Source: Eledone cirrhosa (taxonomy: Eukaryota). From it: DNA of 64,000 nt. Of this stretch, positions 36,435-50,886 are shown in pieces. The stretch is from the NCBI GenBank assembly GCA_964016885.1, contig OZ024743.1:151280001-151344000 (forward strand), read 5' to 3'. The position numbers and the translations under genes are program-made. The notes under the pieces are model-generated. The model was not told the DNA's origin, made no database searches, and was given only the letters and a program-made list of their open reading frames with translations. Each line of letters begins with the position of its first letter. Position 1 is the stretch's first letter.

Positions 36435-36570
36435 AAGTACTGGAATAAGAAATATTTCATTTCTAGTGAAAAAATTGCAATAAAGTACCGGAATAAGAGA
36501 TATTTCATTTCTAGTGAAACAATTGCAATAAAGTACCGGAATAAGAGATATTTTATTTCTATTGAAAAAA
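36435..36570. repeat. 48-bp tandem repeat, ~2.8 copies
   Basis: Unit aagtaccggaataagagatatttcatttctagtgaaacaattgcaata; the conserved G falls at 36437, 36485 and 36533. Confidence 0.9.
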
Positions 36571-37639
36571 CAGGAATAAAATGTATTGCTAATAAATATA
36601 AAAATGACATATTATTAGCCAGTAATCTTGTGAAAAAATTACTTGTATGAGAGTAAAAGCAAGTTTGGTATCAGAAGGGAGTAATTTTAGGTACAAGTTA
36701 GTATTCACTAAGAATCTGTTACTGGCTTTCTCCTCAAGGTGAAAGTAACAAGAATATTGAGTGGATTGGATTGTAAAGAAAAAAAAGAAAAACCATAAGA
36801 GTTAACTTAGTAAAAAGTCTAAAATATTTACAGCAGTTAAATCAACCAGTAACATTTAGGACATGATATGGCTAAGTATGCAGGAACTAACTATAATGTA
36901 TTCAGTGCAAGCAATAAGTAGAAAAACATATATCTTTGGCAGACTGACTGGAACCAGAAATCTAGATGCACTACATGCACACAAGTCAAAGGAATTAGTG
37001 CAACCTTAAAATGAAGGCCATTTAGTGCTTGGATGTAAGTTCTGATATCTAGGTGGGAGAAGCTTCTAGCTTTTTAATGGGAATGCTTCTAGTGGATATA
37101 TGATGGTTACAGTAGAAACGTAGTAGATGTACAAATAATTATCATATCACTTCACATAGCAACAAAGGCTTTCTCCCAGAACATAAAATAGGAGATATCT
37201 ACAATGTGATACTTTATATTATTGTAACCTTGGCATAACTGTGTGGCTAAGCATTTCTCTTCACAATCACAAGTTTCTGAGTTTGATCCCATGTTTCAAC
37301 CGAGCAGCAAGTGTCTTCTAATATGTATTCGGGTTGACTAACACTGCGACTGGAATTTGGTAACTGAAAGCCCATATGTGTATATGTGTATTTGGTGCCT
37401 TTGAAGTATTTTGCAATATTTGTTCTGCATCGAATTACAGACACTCTCTTACTCTGTTTATTGAAAGAAATACAGTGAATCAGTTAATGATTGCCCTTTA
37501 TAAGCCTAATGATGCTATTGTTTCCAAAAAATGCAAAATAAAAAAATAAATAACAAAAAATAAATGTGAAATGACTGAAGAGGAATTGAAATGAATAATA
37601 TAATAATATATATACATACACATATAGATCCCTATGTAT

Positions 37640-37930
37640 GAAGGTGTGTGGCTTAGTGGTTAGGATATTAGCTTCACAATTGTGAGGTTGTGAGATCAAT
37701 TCCAGGTGGTGTGTTGTGTCCTTGTGCAAGACACTTTATTTCACATTGCTCTATTTCACTCAACTGTAGAAATGAACTGCATCGTCTCTTGGACAACATT
37801 GGTGGTGTGGAGGGAAGAGACTGGTATGTATGTGTGACTGCTGGTCACATCTTGCCCAGGCATGTGCCTTGGAGAAGAACTTTCTTGGTGCAAAACCCAT
37901 GGTCATTCATGACAAAAGGGGGTCTTTATA
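37640..37930 (+). mobile_element. tRNA-derived SINE family 3 (same head/core as family 2, different tail)
   Basis: A box TGGCTTAGTGG, core GCAAGACACTTTATTTCACATTGCTC, tail GGTCATTCATGAC..GGGGTCTTTA. Confidence 0.7.
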
Positions 37931-38249
37931 GTCGTAAGACACGACCAGGAAAGCTGGACAACAGAAGTTCTTAAGAGAAGAACCCCACCCCTGAAAATAG
38001 ACAACACATCTTTACAGAAACAATTCACATGTTTACCAAGGCTGCATAAATGTATAAAGAAATATACTTCATATATCTAAATATGTTCCTGTGTTCTGCA
38101 GCCCAACATGTCCAGCAGTATATCAGTTTCTCTGAGATGAGGTTGCTAGTCCTTTATTCATCCCATTTCTATTTCTGGACAAAGAGATACCATGAGCATT
38201 CTCTCACGATAATACATCAAAACGTAGCTCGAGAGAGAGAGAGAGAGAG

Positions 38250-38282
<33 letters not shown>

Positions 38283-38420
38283 AAGAGAGGGAGGGGGGGG
38301 GGTGATCCCAGTATTTGATTAGTATTAGCAACAAGTCGAGAATGGTAGGTATCTGTGATGTTTAATTTAATCAGGTCTGAAGAGGTTAAACTCTAAGGAT
38401 ATGCATGCATAACTGATAAT

Positions 38421-38560
38421 AATTGTTTCTACTTTTTGGCACAAGGCCAGCAATTACACAGTGCATTACTTGTACTTTATTTTATCGACCCCGTAAGGAT
38501 GACAGGTAAAGTTAACCTCAACGGGATTTGAACTCAGAATGGCAAGGGCCGTAACTCTAC
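38421..38560 (-). mobile_element. Partial SINE family 1
   Basis: Tail, core and B box present; head missing. Confidence 0.8.
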
Positions 38561-38719
38561 AATGATCAATTATAGTATGTATATTCAATTACATTACTTA
38601 CGCTGAAAGCTCTGCTCTGAAGTGATATGGTTATATGTATTGGTTATCTATACTGTAAGTAAAAAATATAACTTGTAGAATTGTTTCTTTAGAAACAACA
38701 AGTGTTTTGAGGCCTTGCT

Positions 38720-39205
38720 AAGGTGGCATTGGCATGACAAGTTTCTCCATTTTGCCCCAATATTCTCATCTGTCTGCTTTCATTTCCACTTCTATTATTT
38801 TCAGCCATGTCTTTCTTGGTTTTTCTTTTCATCTACCTCCTTCCAAATACATTATCACTCCTCTCATCCAAATACTTTCATCCTTCCATATGAATGAGCC
38901 ATCTCATTTAATTTCTCTTACAACATTTATCTCTGGCTCTATTCTCATCATCCTCTGCAATTCATTGTTTGTTTTCCTCTCTCTAAGTTATACTCTACTC
39001 ATCTACAAACTCTTCTCATTTCTGTACTTTTCAGTCTTCTATGCTGTTCCATGTTCATCCCCCATGTTTAGCTCTCATAAATCATGCCATTCCTCACACA
39101 TGCAGCATACACATTTTTCTTCAGTTTCAGTGACACTCTCCCTTTCATTGGCACACCATTCAGTTCCTGGAAATGTTTCCATGCATATCTTACTCTAAGC
39201 ATTAT
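38720..39205 (-). mobile_element. Decayed RTE ORF2 C-terminus
   Basis: RVRYAWKHFQEL...SLKLKKNVYAACVRNGMIYES*TW. Confidence 0.7.
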
Positions 39206-39466
39206 GGAAATGCCAAGAAATTGGTACAGGCCTTTACAGATGTCTGTCATACAATAAATGATTTAAATAATCATAACCTAAATTTTTTCATGCAGTCACA
39301 AAGTGTGATTTGCCTTCCCCATTCAACATGTCTCCTGTGTAACAAAAAGTTTTCACACCTTCCATCACCAAAGTCATTTCCAAAATCCAGCTCAACATCT
39401 TCCCCACCTGCAGCTCCCTTTATAGACAACTTGTACTTGAATCTAGTTGCCACATTATTTAATAAT

Positions 39467-39565
39467 CCTGAGTTCAAATCCTGCCGAGGTTAACTTTGCC
39501 TTTCATCCTTACGGGATCGATAAAATAAAGTACCAGTAATACACGGAGATAAAAGTATAAACAAT
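39467..39565 (+). mobile_element. Partial SINE family 1
   Basis: CTGAGTTCAAATCC...GCCTTTCATCCTTACGGGATCGATAAAATAAAGTACC. Confidence 0.75.
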
Positions 39566-40109
39566 TATTTAGTAATCCTCTTACACTACTAGTTTTATGC
39601 ACCCACACAGTGCATATTGTACACTTCAACACTCATCTTATTCACTGCACATGGCCACCTCCCTGTTCTTTCTACCTTTTCACATGCTTTACCACTGGCC
39701 AACTGCTTTGTCTTTCTGATATTCACCTTCATAACTTATGTCTCCTTACATTCCTTCCTGTAATACTATTAAAGCCAACTAGACAGCTACGTAGTGTACA
39801 GACCTCAGAGAGGCACATTATTGAACCTTAAAGGATTACAATTTTATACAAATTTGTATAATTAAATATACAATAATTTCCTATGATCAATAAATAAATT
39901 GTTAAACATCTTTGCTACATAGCAGCATTGTGGAAATATCTAAAGAAAAGAGGTTTGTGTGGTATTATGATCAATCACATGATTTGGCATGTGTGACATG
40001 GACTGTATAGTATAAAATGCAGGCATAGATATTTTCTTAGTGTGGTCAAAGCAAGAAGAGTAAAATTAGTGAAATTATTTTATTTGGAGTGATGGTCCAT
40101 ACTTGTAGA

Positions 40110-40600
40110 GATGACCTAGCCTCTCCTTCTGTTCATCCAACCCCCATAGTAAACCCTCTTTTGCACTGTGGGTCAGTATCCCATTCACAACTAGAAATAA
40201 TAGTATTGATGCCTGATGCACTCCAACCTTCACTTTAACCTCATCTCTGTTCCTGACCTTTGTCTTTGTGACTATGACTCTGCATGCTCACTCACACATA
40301 GTCTAATCAACCATTTCTCGACGACTTCCTATACCAGTGCTCATGTCACTACTTCATGTGGAACCCTATTGAAAACTTTTTCCAGATCAATAAAACCAAG
40401 AAACAACTTCTTGTCCCTGAACTTTTCCTGTAACTGCTTCACAATAAAAAAAAATTTTTAAATGCACCAGTTGTTCCTCTTCCCACCATAAATCCAAACT
40501 GCATTTCATCGATTTTCACCTTTTTCCTTATGCTCTTCTTTAACACACTTTCCAATACCTTCATTCCATGCTCCAATAACTTAATTGCTCTAAACGAAAC
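40110..40600 (-). mobile_element. Decayed RTE RT fragment
   Basis: VKIDEMQFGFMVGRGTT...IVKQLQEKF..KKLFLGFIDLEKVFNRVP. Confidence 0.8.
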
Positions 40601-43600
40601 ACTGAACTGATTCAACACAAAATCATTTCTTCTTTAGATCGAAAAAATTCATATATATGAGAGAAAGAATGGGTATGAGTAAAGAGAAAAAGAAAGAGAG
40701 GAAATAAGAAGAGAGAACAAGATGGTAAAGAGGAAGTGAACAGAGTGAAAGAGAGAGAGACAAAATAATTTTGCTTTTCTAGTTCTTGTTGCTTAGCCAT
40801 ATTTCAGTCCTGTTTGAACACACCTGCAATCAAATGCACTCCAGCTATGACTACCCTGTCTTCTTTTTTTCAGGCATGTGTTCCAGACTATTATTTAATG
40901 TGCCTTTTATTAAAAGACAGAGTTTGTTTTGGTGGAGACTTAGTCGCTATTTCTTAAATGTTGGCTCATTCTCTTTTTAGTTGTAGTGTTAACCCCAAAT
41001 TAAAACTGAATACAAAAGCCTTCCAGCTGTGACTATCCTGTCTCTTTAGAGATATGTACAACTACATTATCTAACATGTCCTTCCTTATTTAATCCTTTT
41101 ATTCCCATATTTCTAATGAAAGACACTGTCTATAATTTTGAAAGTATTCAAGAAATTGAAGGTATTTAATGATATAACTATTTCTCATATTATTAGGCTG
41201 GTTTTGGGAACACAACAAAGTTGCTATGTAAAATTATGATGGAAGGTGTGTGTGTGGTTGGTTTAGAGTAGGTACACCATACCCTTGTATGTCTTAAGAA
41301 GCAACTAAAAAGGTTGGTGTCAGGAACAACATTCAACTCCAACCCATGCCAGCATGGAATGGTCGATATTATGATGATATAGTTAAAAAAATGTCTGTCT
41401 CAAGTTCAGAGGCTCATCAGGCCAGTGTTTATCCCAGTTCCCTTGGTGTTAAGTGACAGAGTACAAGACTCCTCATAGACAGGTTACCAATCCATCGCAA
41501 GGTTAATTCACCAGTTACTGCTGGTACTCATTTTCAGCTGAGTGTACTGGAGGAACATGAAATGGAGTAAATGATTTTGCATCATATAATCAGGGGTAGT
41601 TTCAAGGAGGTTAAGATAAGGGCGATTTGACTGCTATTTCTCACAGGTTGAATGATCATGTAGAAACTTCTAGAAAAAAGTAAAAACAGTAGTTTTAAAT
41701 ATTTAATCCTGAAGAGTTTGGAATTTTCTCCCAAATAGCAAGCAGCTTTACATCATACTTTGCCTTAAGCACAGTTTCTATATTATATAATTACACATTT
41801 TATTAAAATCAATCATAGTAATATTTTCCAGCGGTTTCTAGTCCCATAAATGTTGCCTGAAGCTAAGTATTTAATATATTTTCCCCACTCTTCGTTAATG
41901 TTAATAGATTTTTGTGGAAAGTTCATCTACTGTTTTATTATAGGATGTGTGCACTCCACTAACGATGTGAAATTCCATTTAAGTATTACTAAATTCTTAA
42001 GTCCTATTCTGACAGAAATTTTCATCATACATTTGATTATTAGTGGAGGGACAATTAAATATGAACCATTTTATTCATGTTCACTGTTGACTCATATTTT
42101 GAATGAATGATGGAGTGTCGAAACTACTAGGTTTAGAGCCATGCTAATCAAATCTCAACAAACGCTCTTAAAAAGGGAACGTCAGATAAAGTTCTAAATA
42201 TACTATGTTTTTAAATATAACAGGATTATTACCTCACCATTGATCTAATCTTTGCTAGCAGGGAAAAGTGACATTAAATTAATCCTGCATTGACCTGGGG
42301 GTAAAGCAAGAACATATTCCTTTTAATTAATAGAATCTCTTCAAAAAACTAAAATTATTTTTTTAATAAAATCACGTTTAAATATAAAAAAAAATAATAC
42401 TAATAATTTTTTTAGTTAATACTAGAATTAAAATCCTCTTTAAAAATTCCAAAATAAGGTTTGTCCTTTCAGAGTAATTCCCCCTTGAACGTAACGCCCA
42501 TAACAATCTTTAGAAACTACAATAAAAAACAAAAATATCTGATTAGACAATTTAATAAACATTTCAAATACTACTGTGAAGTAATATGAAAGAGTTGAAT
42601 AAATTCTCTTAATGTTTATTGGACTGCCTGAAAGAAATTTATGAAATCCAGTTTCACTTTGATGTATTTAATCTAATCACATAACACTTGCTATGATTTT
42701 ATACAAAAATAATAATAATAATAATAATAATAACAAAATAAATGAAACGCTAGATAAATCAAAGTGAAAAAAGTTGAAAACAAAACTTTTAATCAATAAA
42801 ATATAGGTTTAAAGTGATGTTATGAATAAGGTTAGGTTAGAGTTATTCCCCTTGTTTTACCAATTTTATTACACTATAAATAGCATAGACTAAAGAATTT
42901 CATTTTTGTTTAAGAGTTGCAACATCATTAAGTGTAAAGATTGATCTAAATACTCACTCAATTGGCATTTTTATTTAAATTGTATGTTGATTGGAACTTT
43001 TTACGATTGTTTTCAGATGATATTTCATTAGGTTAAGATTACGCCTATAAATCTTCATTGGAATTCAGTTTCCAAACTCTTGAGAGTAAAATAAACGTAA
43101 AAATACAGCACCCGAAACCAGTTAGATGAAAGTAAAGTATATAAAACCACAGGAGGTGACATTAATAGTCTGAACACACTTTATTATTTTGATGTAAATA
43201 AAGTAGTATGATTGCTGTACATATTTAAAATGATACGCAAAGTCTACTGGGAATTTTACAATGAAACTAAATATGTACAATTGTTTCAATATCTATCAGT
43301 CATGAAAGAAAGCTTTAATATATTAAGTATTAGCTGGGGGATCAAAACGAAACATTCAAGTCGGAAGAACAATTTCTGTCTTCAAGAATCTGTCCTGCAT
43401 CACAGATGAAAATAAATGTGTCTGGTGTATACATCTGATTGCTTTTATAACTTCCATTTCTTAGTTATGAATAATATCAAAGAAAGTAATTGAGTTCAAG
43501 TTAAAAATTCATCATTATACTTCAAGAGGTAAAGAGAGACCATGGTTCTATTGTGCAATAAGATGACAATGGTTAGAATCTATTGCTATAATCACTCAAT

Positions 43601-46600
43601 ATTCAAGTCCAATATAAGAAATACTATCGAATATACATTTAATTTCAAGCATTTTAGAAAACTAAAGATAAATTGTGATAACACATAAAATTCTATGAAG
43701 TTGTTAAACTTAAATCAGCTAACATATTTGAAATAGGAACATTCTAAGAATCACAATACCATAGATTACAATATGTAGCAAAGCTCTGGTGATTGAGTCT
43801 ATATATAAGTTAAAAAATAGATTACAAGAAATTAAACAAAATGGATAGAGATTAAAATAAGTGTCTATGATGAATAAAATGAAGGTTAATAAAATCTCAA
43901 TAAAAGGTTTGTATTTGTAAAAGAATTAAAATTTTTATACTAATGAAACAATTTTAAATTCTAGTTTACTGATTTGTAATAATACAGCTTTATTAATAAG
44001 ATCCCAGAGAGGAGTTATTCAGTCAGTTTCATTTTTGGTGTTTTTTTTTTTTTTAGATTTTTCTGTTGAAACCAATAAAAGACAAGAATTAGAACAATTC
44101 AGGTAAAAAGAATATCTAGAATGATTTTAATTTAAAAATTGCATTTTTCTGTAGAAAATTATAAGTTTATCATAACATATTCTAGACTGCATACAGAGAA
44201 AATTCACTTAACTGAAAACCACTCAGCAACCCCTGATGAGCTGTATCCCTTTTCTGCCTTTTCTATTACTACTACAACAACCCCTGCTCTACCCTTGTAC
44301 ACCAGACTCATTGGCCTCATCTCTCAATATCCCTGTTTATATCTAATTACCCAGGCCTCACATTAGCAAATCTGTCCAAGTCAGGCCCCCGGAATTCCAT
44401 TTCTTCTCATATCTTTCCTGCAGGAGAGCCTGTGAAAGCTATTCCATCTGATCTGCTGGGGAAAAAATATAATGTAGCCAAGTTGTGATGTTTTTATAAA
44501 CTATTGTTTTATGTTACCCCCAAAGCAAAACAATCTATTTGTAGCACTGACATTCACTTGTTAATCATTTTCATTCAGAAAAACAACCAATAATAAAAGG
44601 CCTACTAATACATTATATTTAAGTATCTGAATTTCCAGAATCATGTCTCTCTCTCTGTCTGTATAAAGTTTTAACTTTATATTCAAATTATTCATAGAAA
44701 ATATTTCAGCTATACAATAAACTTTTAAGTTTTTACAATTATAAACTATAAGACTTTTATTAAATGTTGATAAGAAATTTAAATATTTATGTCTATGACG
44801 ATGAGGCTATAAAGAATTTTATCTTTAAATAGTTGTACTAAGTTAAAAATAGATGATTCAAAGTATTTTTTTTATGTGAAGCTAAGGGAAAACATCAGAT
44901 TTAAGAAGACTAGCAAACTTAAGAAGCAGCTGATTGAATTGAAAATATGGCATTGAAAAATGTCTGGCTAAACAAATCTTAAATAGGCTAATACTGTTCT
45001 TTATTACACTCGAGTCTCTTGATTCAGAAAAATACGAATCTCATTAGCTAACTCTCATGTATATCTTTTCAATAACCAATTTTATACATAATAGTTGTTC
45101 TGTTGTTACTAACACACCCAATGCTCAGAAGAGCATCTATTTTCTTTTTACAAGCTTTGATAAAAAAAAAATATATATCATTTCTCTCCAGAGAATTTTA
45201 TGAAAACTGCTTATTCTTTCTCCAAAATGTTCCTTTACAAACTTGATTAGATAATCAATATTTACACATGCTTCCAATCTTCAATCTTTCTAAACACCAA
45301 ACAACAAATTCAATGCTACTGCTATATCAGCCATGAAGAATAAAAAAAAAAAATCTATAATTTAAATCTTTGAAAATATTTTGAATATAAATAACATCAT
45401 CATCAACATACTAATGTAAAGCAAAGTTAAAAGAGAAAAACAGCTGAATAGACATGTTGATTGACAGAAATTATTTTTAAAAATCAATAATTTTCTGCAA
45501 CTTCATTATATATCCATATATACTATGCAATAGATTTTTTTTCATTAACTTCTAAATTTTTTAGAATAGATATAAATTAAACAAAATATGATTTTCCAAG
45601 TAAAAACTTTCTCTTTAATGAAATTCCATTAAACAACTAAAATTGAAAAGCTCATATTTTGTTACAGATAAAAATACAATGGAAAAATAAGCCTTATTTC
45701 TGTTAACATTCTTTTTAAAGCTGATAGAATTTCACTGGTTGAAACAGTTGACACCTCCCACTAATAATAGCTTTGCATTCTATTAGAAACATTGTTTTTA
45801 CCTTATATGACTTAAAGTTGTCATACTCAGTATAAGATTATATTGCATCTAGTGGCGAAGTTCTGATTCTGGAGGCTCTAGTTCTGGGGAGTCTGGAGTC
45901 ACCTCATTGTTACCATTATTTCCAGGTCCAATCTGATCTGATATGATATGGGTTCATTTGTTAGGACCTCATCTATGAGTTGAATAGATCTCTAGTTGTA
46001 GCACGTTTCCAGCTGATGGACTGGGGAAAGGCAGGCCTTTGGATATGAGTGTTAGTTGTAAATATGCTACAAATAAACAGTCTTGGACCAAACACAGGCT
46101 ACTTTCTGGCAAAGTATTGAGCCACCCAGCAAGGTCGCACTCACCTAATGGATTAAACTACTCTGACAAAAATCCCATCTTTATATTGCAGGTGGTGGGT
46201 ATATAGCAGTTACAAGCTTCATAAGACTGATGTAGTTGATCATTGTTTTATGTTTCATCAGCTGTCATCTAAACATATATAAGTGGAACACATCGCAGAG
46301 AGAAACTATAATATTAATGTAGATCATAGTTTCTCTCTAACTGCCAATAATAATAGTGAGAATTTCTCCTTGTGTACACATCTGGGAGTGGTTTTAGTCA
46401 ATTAAATCAACTCAATACTTGGGTGGTATATATTTTATTGACTCAGGAACAATGAAAGGCTAAGCTGACTCCAGAGGGAACTGAACTCAAGACATGAAAG
46501 GATTTAACTAAATAACACAAGACAATTTGTCTGGTGCTCAACTGATTCTACTATCTACTACCACCATGACGACGACGATGGCAATTTCTAATTTAGGCAA

Positions 46601-47612
46601 TATGACCAACAATTTGGATGGGAGGGAAATCGATTAAATTTATGCTAATACTTCCCTGGTACTTTATTCTCTTGTCCCCAGAAGAAAGAAAGGCAATTAA
46701 CCACAGCAGGATTTCAAGTAAATATACAGCAAGGAATTTTCACCAGCACTAATGATTCTGCTAATTTACCAATTAAAACAGTAATTGTTTCTTTATTTGC
46801 CACAGGGGAGAGAGATGAGGGGACTAATAATATAAAGAGACAATCTGTTATCTGCTTATTCAGGTAATACAAAAGGTGACATTTATAATAAATACCTAAT
46901 AAATGGGTGTGTGTGGTGGGGATTTCAGAGGCACTTCTATCTGCTAGAAATAGCAGTCAATCTTCCCCTCAAATCACACACTACAATCTTAATGTAATGA
47001 AGTCATAAATTTCCTTAAAAGAATGCGATAGTCATAGCTATAATGCCTTTGATAAGGGGTCTAATTCCTAAATATTAGCCTAGGGCTTGGCAGCTACAGT
47101 AACATATCCTAGGAAACTATCTTCCTAATATGAATCCTTATCTCTCAAAGAATACTCCATTTTGATGGGGAGTGGGAGCATCAATAAACGTTTTCTCTTA
47201 AGTTCATTTTCAATTAATCACCATTAAACTTGCTGTTAATATGGTTATTACAATGAGCTAAGAAGAATTTATTGACTAGTGAAGAAATCTAAGTAGCTGC
47301 AAGGCAGCAATCATATGCAGGAAATTATGAAGTATTACAGGAAGTATGCAACAAAGATGGGCAATATCTTTTCATGCAAAATAATCAATGGGAAATCATT
47401 TGTTACTGCTTTTTTCTCGTTCCTACAATAGTGTCTGCTCTTTAGAACACATATTGTGTATAACATACACTGTGTCCTGCACTAACCACTAGACACAGCC
47501 CTTTTCTCCCCAAAATATTACCCCTTTGGAGATCCTTCACTACTCATGTTTTTGTGCAACAATTGGCACTTCTAGCTGCCTCAGAACACCATGTACACAG
47601 TCTCTTACTCTA

Positions 47613-47710
47613 GACCAAACCATTAATAATTGTTTCTACTTTTGGCACAATCCAGCATTTATCCCAGTGCATTACTGGTACTTTATTTTATCGACCAAAC
47701 CATTAATAAT
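47613..47710 (-). mobile_element. Truncated SINE family 1 with 18-bp target-site duplication
   Basis: gaccaaaccattaataat at 47613-47630 and 47693-47710 flanks ~62 bp of SINE 3' end. Confidence 0.8.
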
Positions 47711-48471
47711 AATAATAATAATATATATATATATATATATATATATTCTTTATAAGAGAATTTTACTGAGAGCACTACAAAATAACAAAGAACTATTGAA
47801 GTTATCTAATGCCAAAGGGTTAAGCTTTAATGGTATGATGTTTTTACTATTTATGAATGGTGAAACACCAGCATGGGAGATTTCCTTTCTTCACACACAG
47901 GTGGCTAGCCACCTGAAAATAACTTCTTTTATCCCAGAATAACAGAAATACCACCAACCACCACCACCACCACCACCACCACCACAACCACACACTGCAC
48001 CCATCAGCCTTTCAGACTATCACTTTGTACTGATTAGTATTGAAATTATTTGGGAAGGTGTGGAGGGGTATACACCACATGCCGAAAAACTAATTGAAGA
48101 TTAAGGTGAAGGGGCTCATTTTATAAACAAGAGACAGATGTTTTGCACATTATTTCATTTCCTCAAAAACTAGCCATTAGTATCCAGTGAGTAAATATAA
48201 AATCTAACAAGTCTTCATTAGTGTAAATGTTACAGCAATTTTACCATTTTATAGTAAGGAATAATGATGATAATTATCTCTCACATTAATATGAAAGTCA
48301 ACATTTATATGAGAAGAGGGTGGAGTTATAGACAAGTAAACTGATTCCTATTTATTTTTGTTTCCATTCGTCCTTGAAGGGAAAGAAGCAAAGTTGACCC
48401 TGGCAATAATTGAACTAAGAATGTCAATCACACACTGGTAGGTCTAATGTGTTACTACGACAACTACAAAT

Positions 48472-49053
48472 AATTGTTTCTACTTTTTGGCACAAGGCCA
48501 GCAATTACCCAGTGTATTACTGGTACTTTATTTTATCGACCCCGTAAGGATGAAAGGCAACGTTAACCTCGGCGGGATTTGAACTCAGAATGGCAAGGGT
48601 CGTAACTATGTGTCAAAGCATGGCGTCCAACCCTCTACCGATACTGCCATGATTTCTACTATAGACACAAGGCCAGCATTTTAGGGGAGGGGAAGTCGAT
48701 TAAATCGGCCCCAGTGCATTAATGGTGCTTTATTTTATCGACCTTGTAAGGATGAAGGGCAAAGCTAACCTCGGTAGGATTTGAACTCAGAACATAAAGG
48801 ACCATAACTGTGCTACAAAGCATGGTATCTGACACCCTTCTGATGATGATGTTGATTTAGACTTAAGGCTAGTAATTTTGGAAGAGGGGTAAGTTGATTA
48901 AATGGACCCCAGTGCTTGACTGGTACTATATCTGATTGATCGAGCACTAAAAGGCAAAGTTGACCTTGGTGAGATTTGAATTTAAAATGCAAAGAGCTAG
49001 AACAAATACCATAATACATGTTATTCAATGCTCTAATGATTCTGCCAATCCAC
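48472..49053 (-). mobile_element. Three adjacent co-oriented family-1-type SINEs
   Basis: Core and B-box motifs recur at ~48472-48648, ~48649-48840 and ~48860-49053 with increasing divergence. Confidence 0.8.
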
Positions 49054-50430
49054 AATGATGATGATTATTTTTCAAGGTTATTTTCAAAATTGATTTTAAA
49101 ATGTTTATTAGAACATAAACATGACAAACATATATGGAGCTGGTGATTGTTATACTTTTTTTTTTTTTTTTTAGTTTATTAATGTTTAGCATTGAGAGTT
49201 AATAATATAGTAATTCACTCTAGAAAATGAACAGAATTAGGAAAGTAAGAGAGGGATAAGGCAATATTGAGAATAATTAAGGCTTAAGGAAAATAATTAA
49301 AAATATATATATATATATAAAACAACTTAAAATGTTCATACATAAAGTTACGATGGGAGGTTTTAATACATGAACACTTTAAAACAGGAAAATATGTATG
49401 ATAAAGCCAGAAGTATTCATTGGCTGGGCTGGTATCAAAAGGATTAAATGAGAAATTTCAATGTTTTGATCTATTATAATTGGAGGACTATCTTCCTAGT
49501 AAAGTTTCTAATAAATACAAAGATTTTAACAGAGATTTTTATTGAAAAATTGCCAAATTAAATTAACAATATAAAACAGATATATAACATGAATCTTAAT
49601 AGTTAACGAGTCCTGAGATCCTCAAATAAAATTGGTTTTATTATTTTATATTATCCAATTATTTTCATGTCTTTGTCTTCTGAATGTTACATGATGTTAT
49701 TACATTTGTTTGTCAAACAAATAATCCTTTAACCTTCATTTCATGATTTAATGTCATTGAAATTACTATTATGAAAAGACATCTTAAAGTGTATTGTCTA
49801 GGATCATTTGGTAGTAACTTTATTTGGATTTCTGGGTAACATTTTATATTTAAAAAATACAATGAAAATAGTCATGAGCTTTTCATGGAGAATTGTTACA
49901 TGACAAAAAAAAAAAAAAAAATTATTTTTATGGTCCTGCTAAGCTTCAGTGAATTTGATAAGCTAACACTTACTTTGCATGAGTAAACATACTGATTAAA
50001 TAAATTTCTTCTAATTTGGGTCTGGTTTATTATCAACTAAACAAATATCAATGGACAATTGATGAATACTAACGAGAATGGCATACTGAATAGCAGTGGA
50101 CAGTGTGAAATAGTCATTAAAATTCTGTTTGTCATAGTTACGATAAAATAAATGTATAGCTGAAGCCAACATAAATTTTATTCCTGCAACAACCTAAATA
50201 TGTTGTAAGTTGATTACCATTGTATTTGCTGTGAATGAAAGAGGAGTATATAAATAAAAGATAAGAAATGGCTAAAGGCTCAAAACAGATTGGAGATTCA
50301 AAGTGGAAATGGGTTATTTGAACAAGAAATTAAGCCATTTGTAATCACTATAGAATTTGAAATGCACTTGATACTAAGAACAAGGATTTAAACAAGAGCA
50401 TTTGGCTGTTATATGAAATACAACTTATAT

Positions 50431-50775
50431 GGAGGCACATGGCTTAGTGGTTAGAGCATTGGCCTTGCAATCAAAAGGTTGTGAGTTCAATTCTCAGACC
50501 GGGTGATGTGTTGTTTCCTTGAGCAAGACACTTTATTTCACATTGCTCCAGTTTACTCAGCTGTAGAAATGAGATGATAGGGACTGGGGTCCATATCATT
50601 CCACTGCAAAGTGGTCGTGCTGGTGCCACGACAAAAAAGCACCCACCACTCACTGTAAATGAGGTTGGTGTTAGGAAGGGCATCCAGCTGTAGAAATCAA
50701 GCTAGAATCAGTTCCCGTCCCACCCTTGCAAGCAGTGAAAAAGCGGACGTACAATGAAATGATGATGATGATGAT
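50431..50775 (+). mobile_element. Full-length tRNA-derived SINE family 2 with RTE-derived tail
   Basis: A box TGGCTTAGTGG, B box GAGTTCAATTC, 3' end CCCACCCTTGCAAGCAG.GAAAAAGCGGACGTA.AATG followed by (ATG)n. Confidence 0.9.
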
Positions 50776-50886
50776 TGTATATTCTTGATTCTTGAAGCTA
50801 TTAGCTGTTCAAAGAACATGTATATATAACAATGCCTTTAAGGACTTTAAACATTGCATTTTTGGTTAACACTAATATATTACAGC

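Noticed and set aside
36435-36570. Direct repeats as a CRISPR array
   Set aside because: Head-to-tail 48-bp units with no unique spacers, in eukaryotic DNA with no cas genes.
44220-44470. Acceptor-like ttttttccccag on the minus strand, and a CTGATGAG at ~44233
   Set aside because: All three frames stop quickly; no stem II or GAAA partner for a hammerhead. Looks like a decayed LINE 3' end.
50431-50500. tRNA gene
   Set aside because: A and B boxes belong to a SINE head; no complete cloverleaf, and it continues into a multi-copy SINE body.
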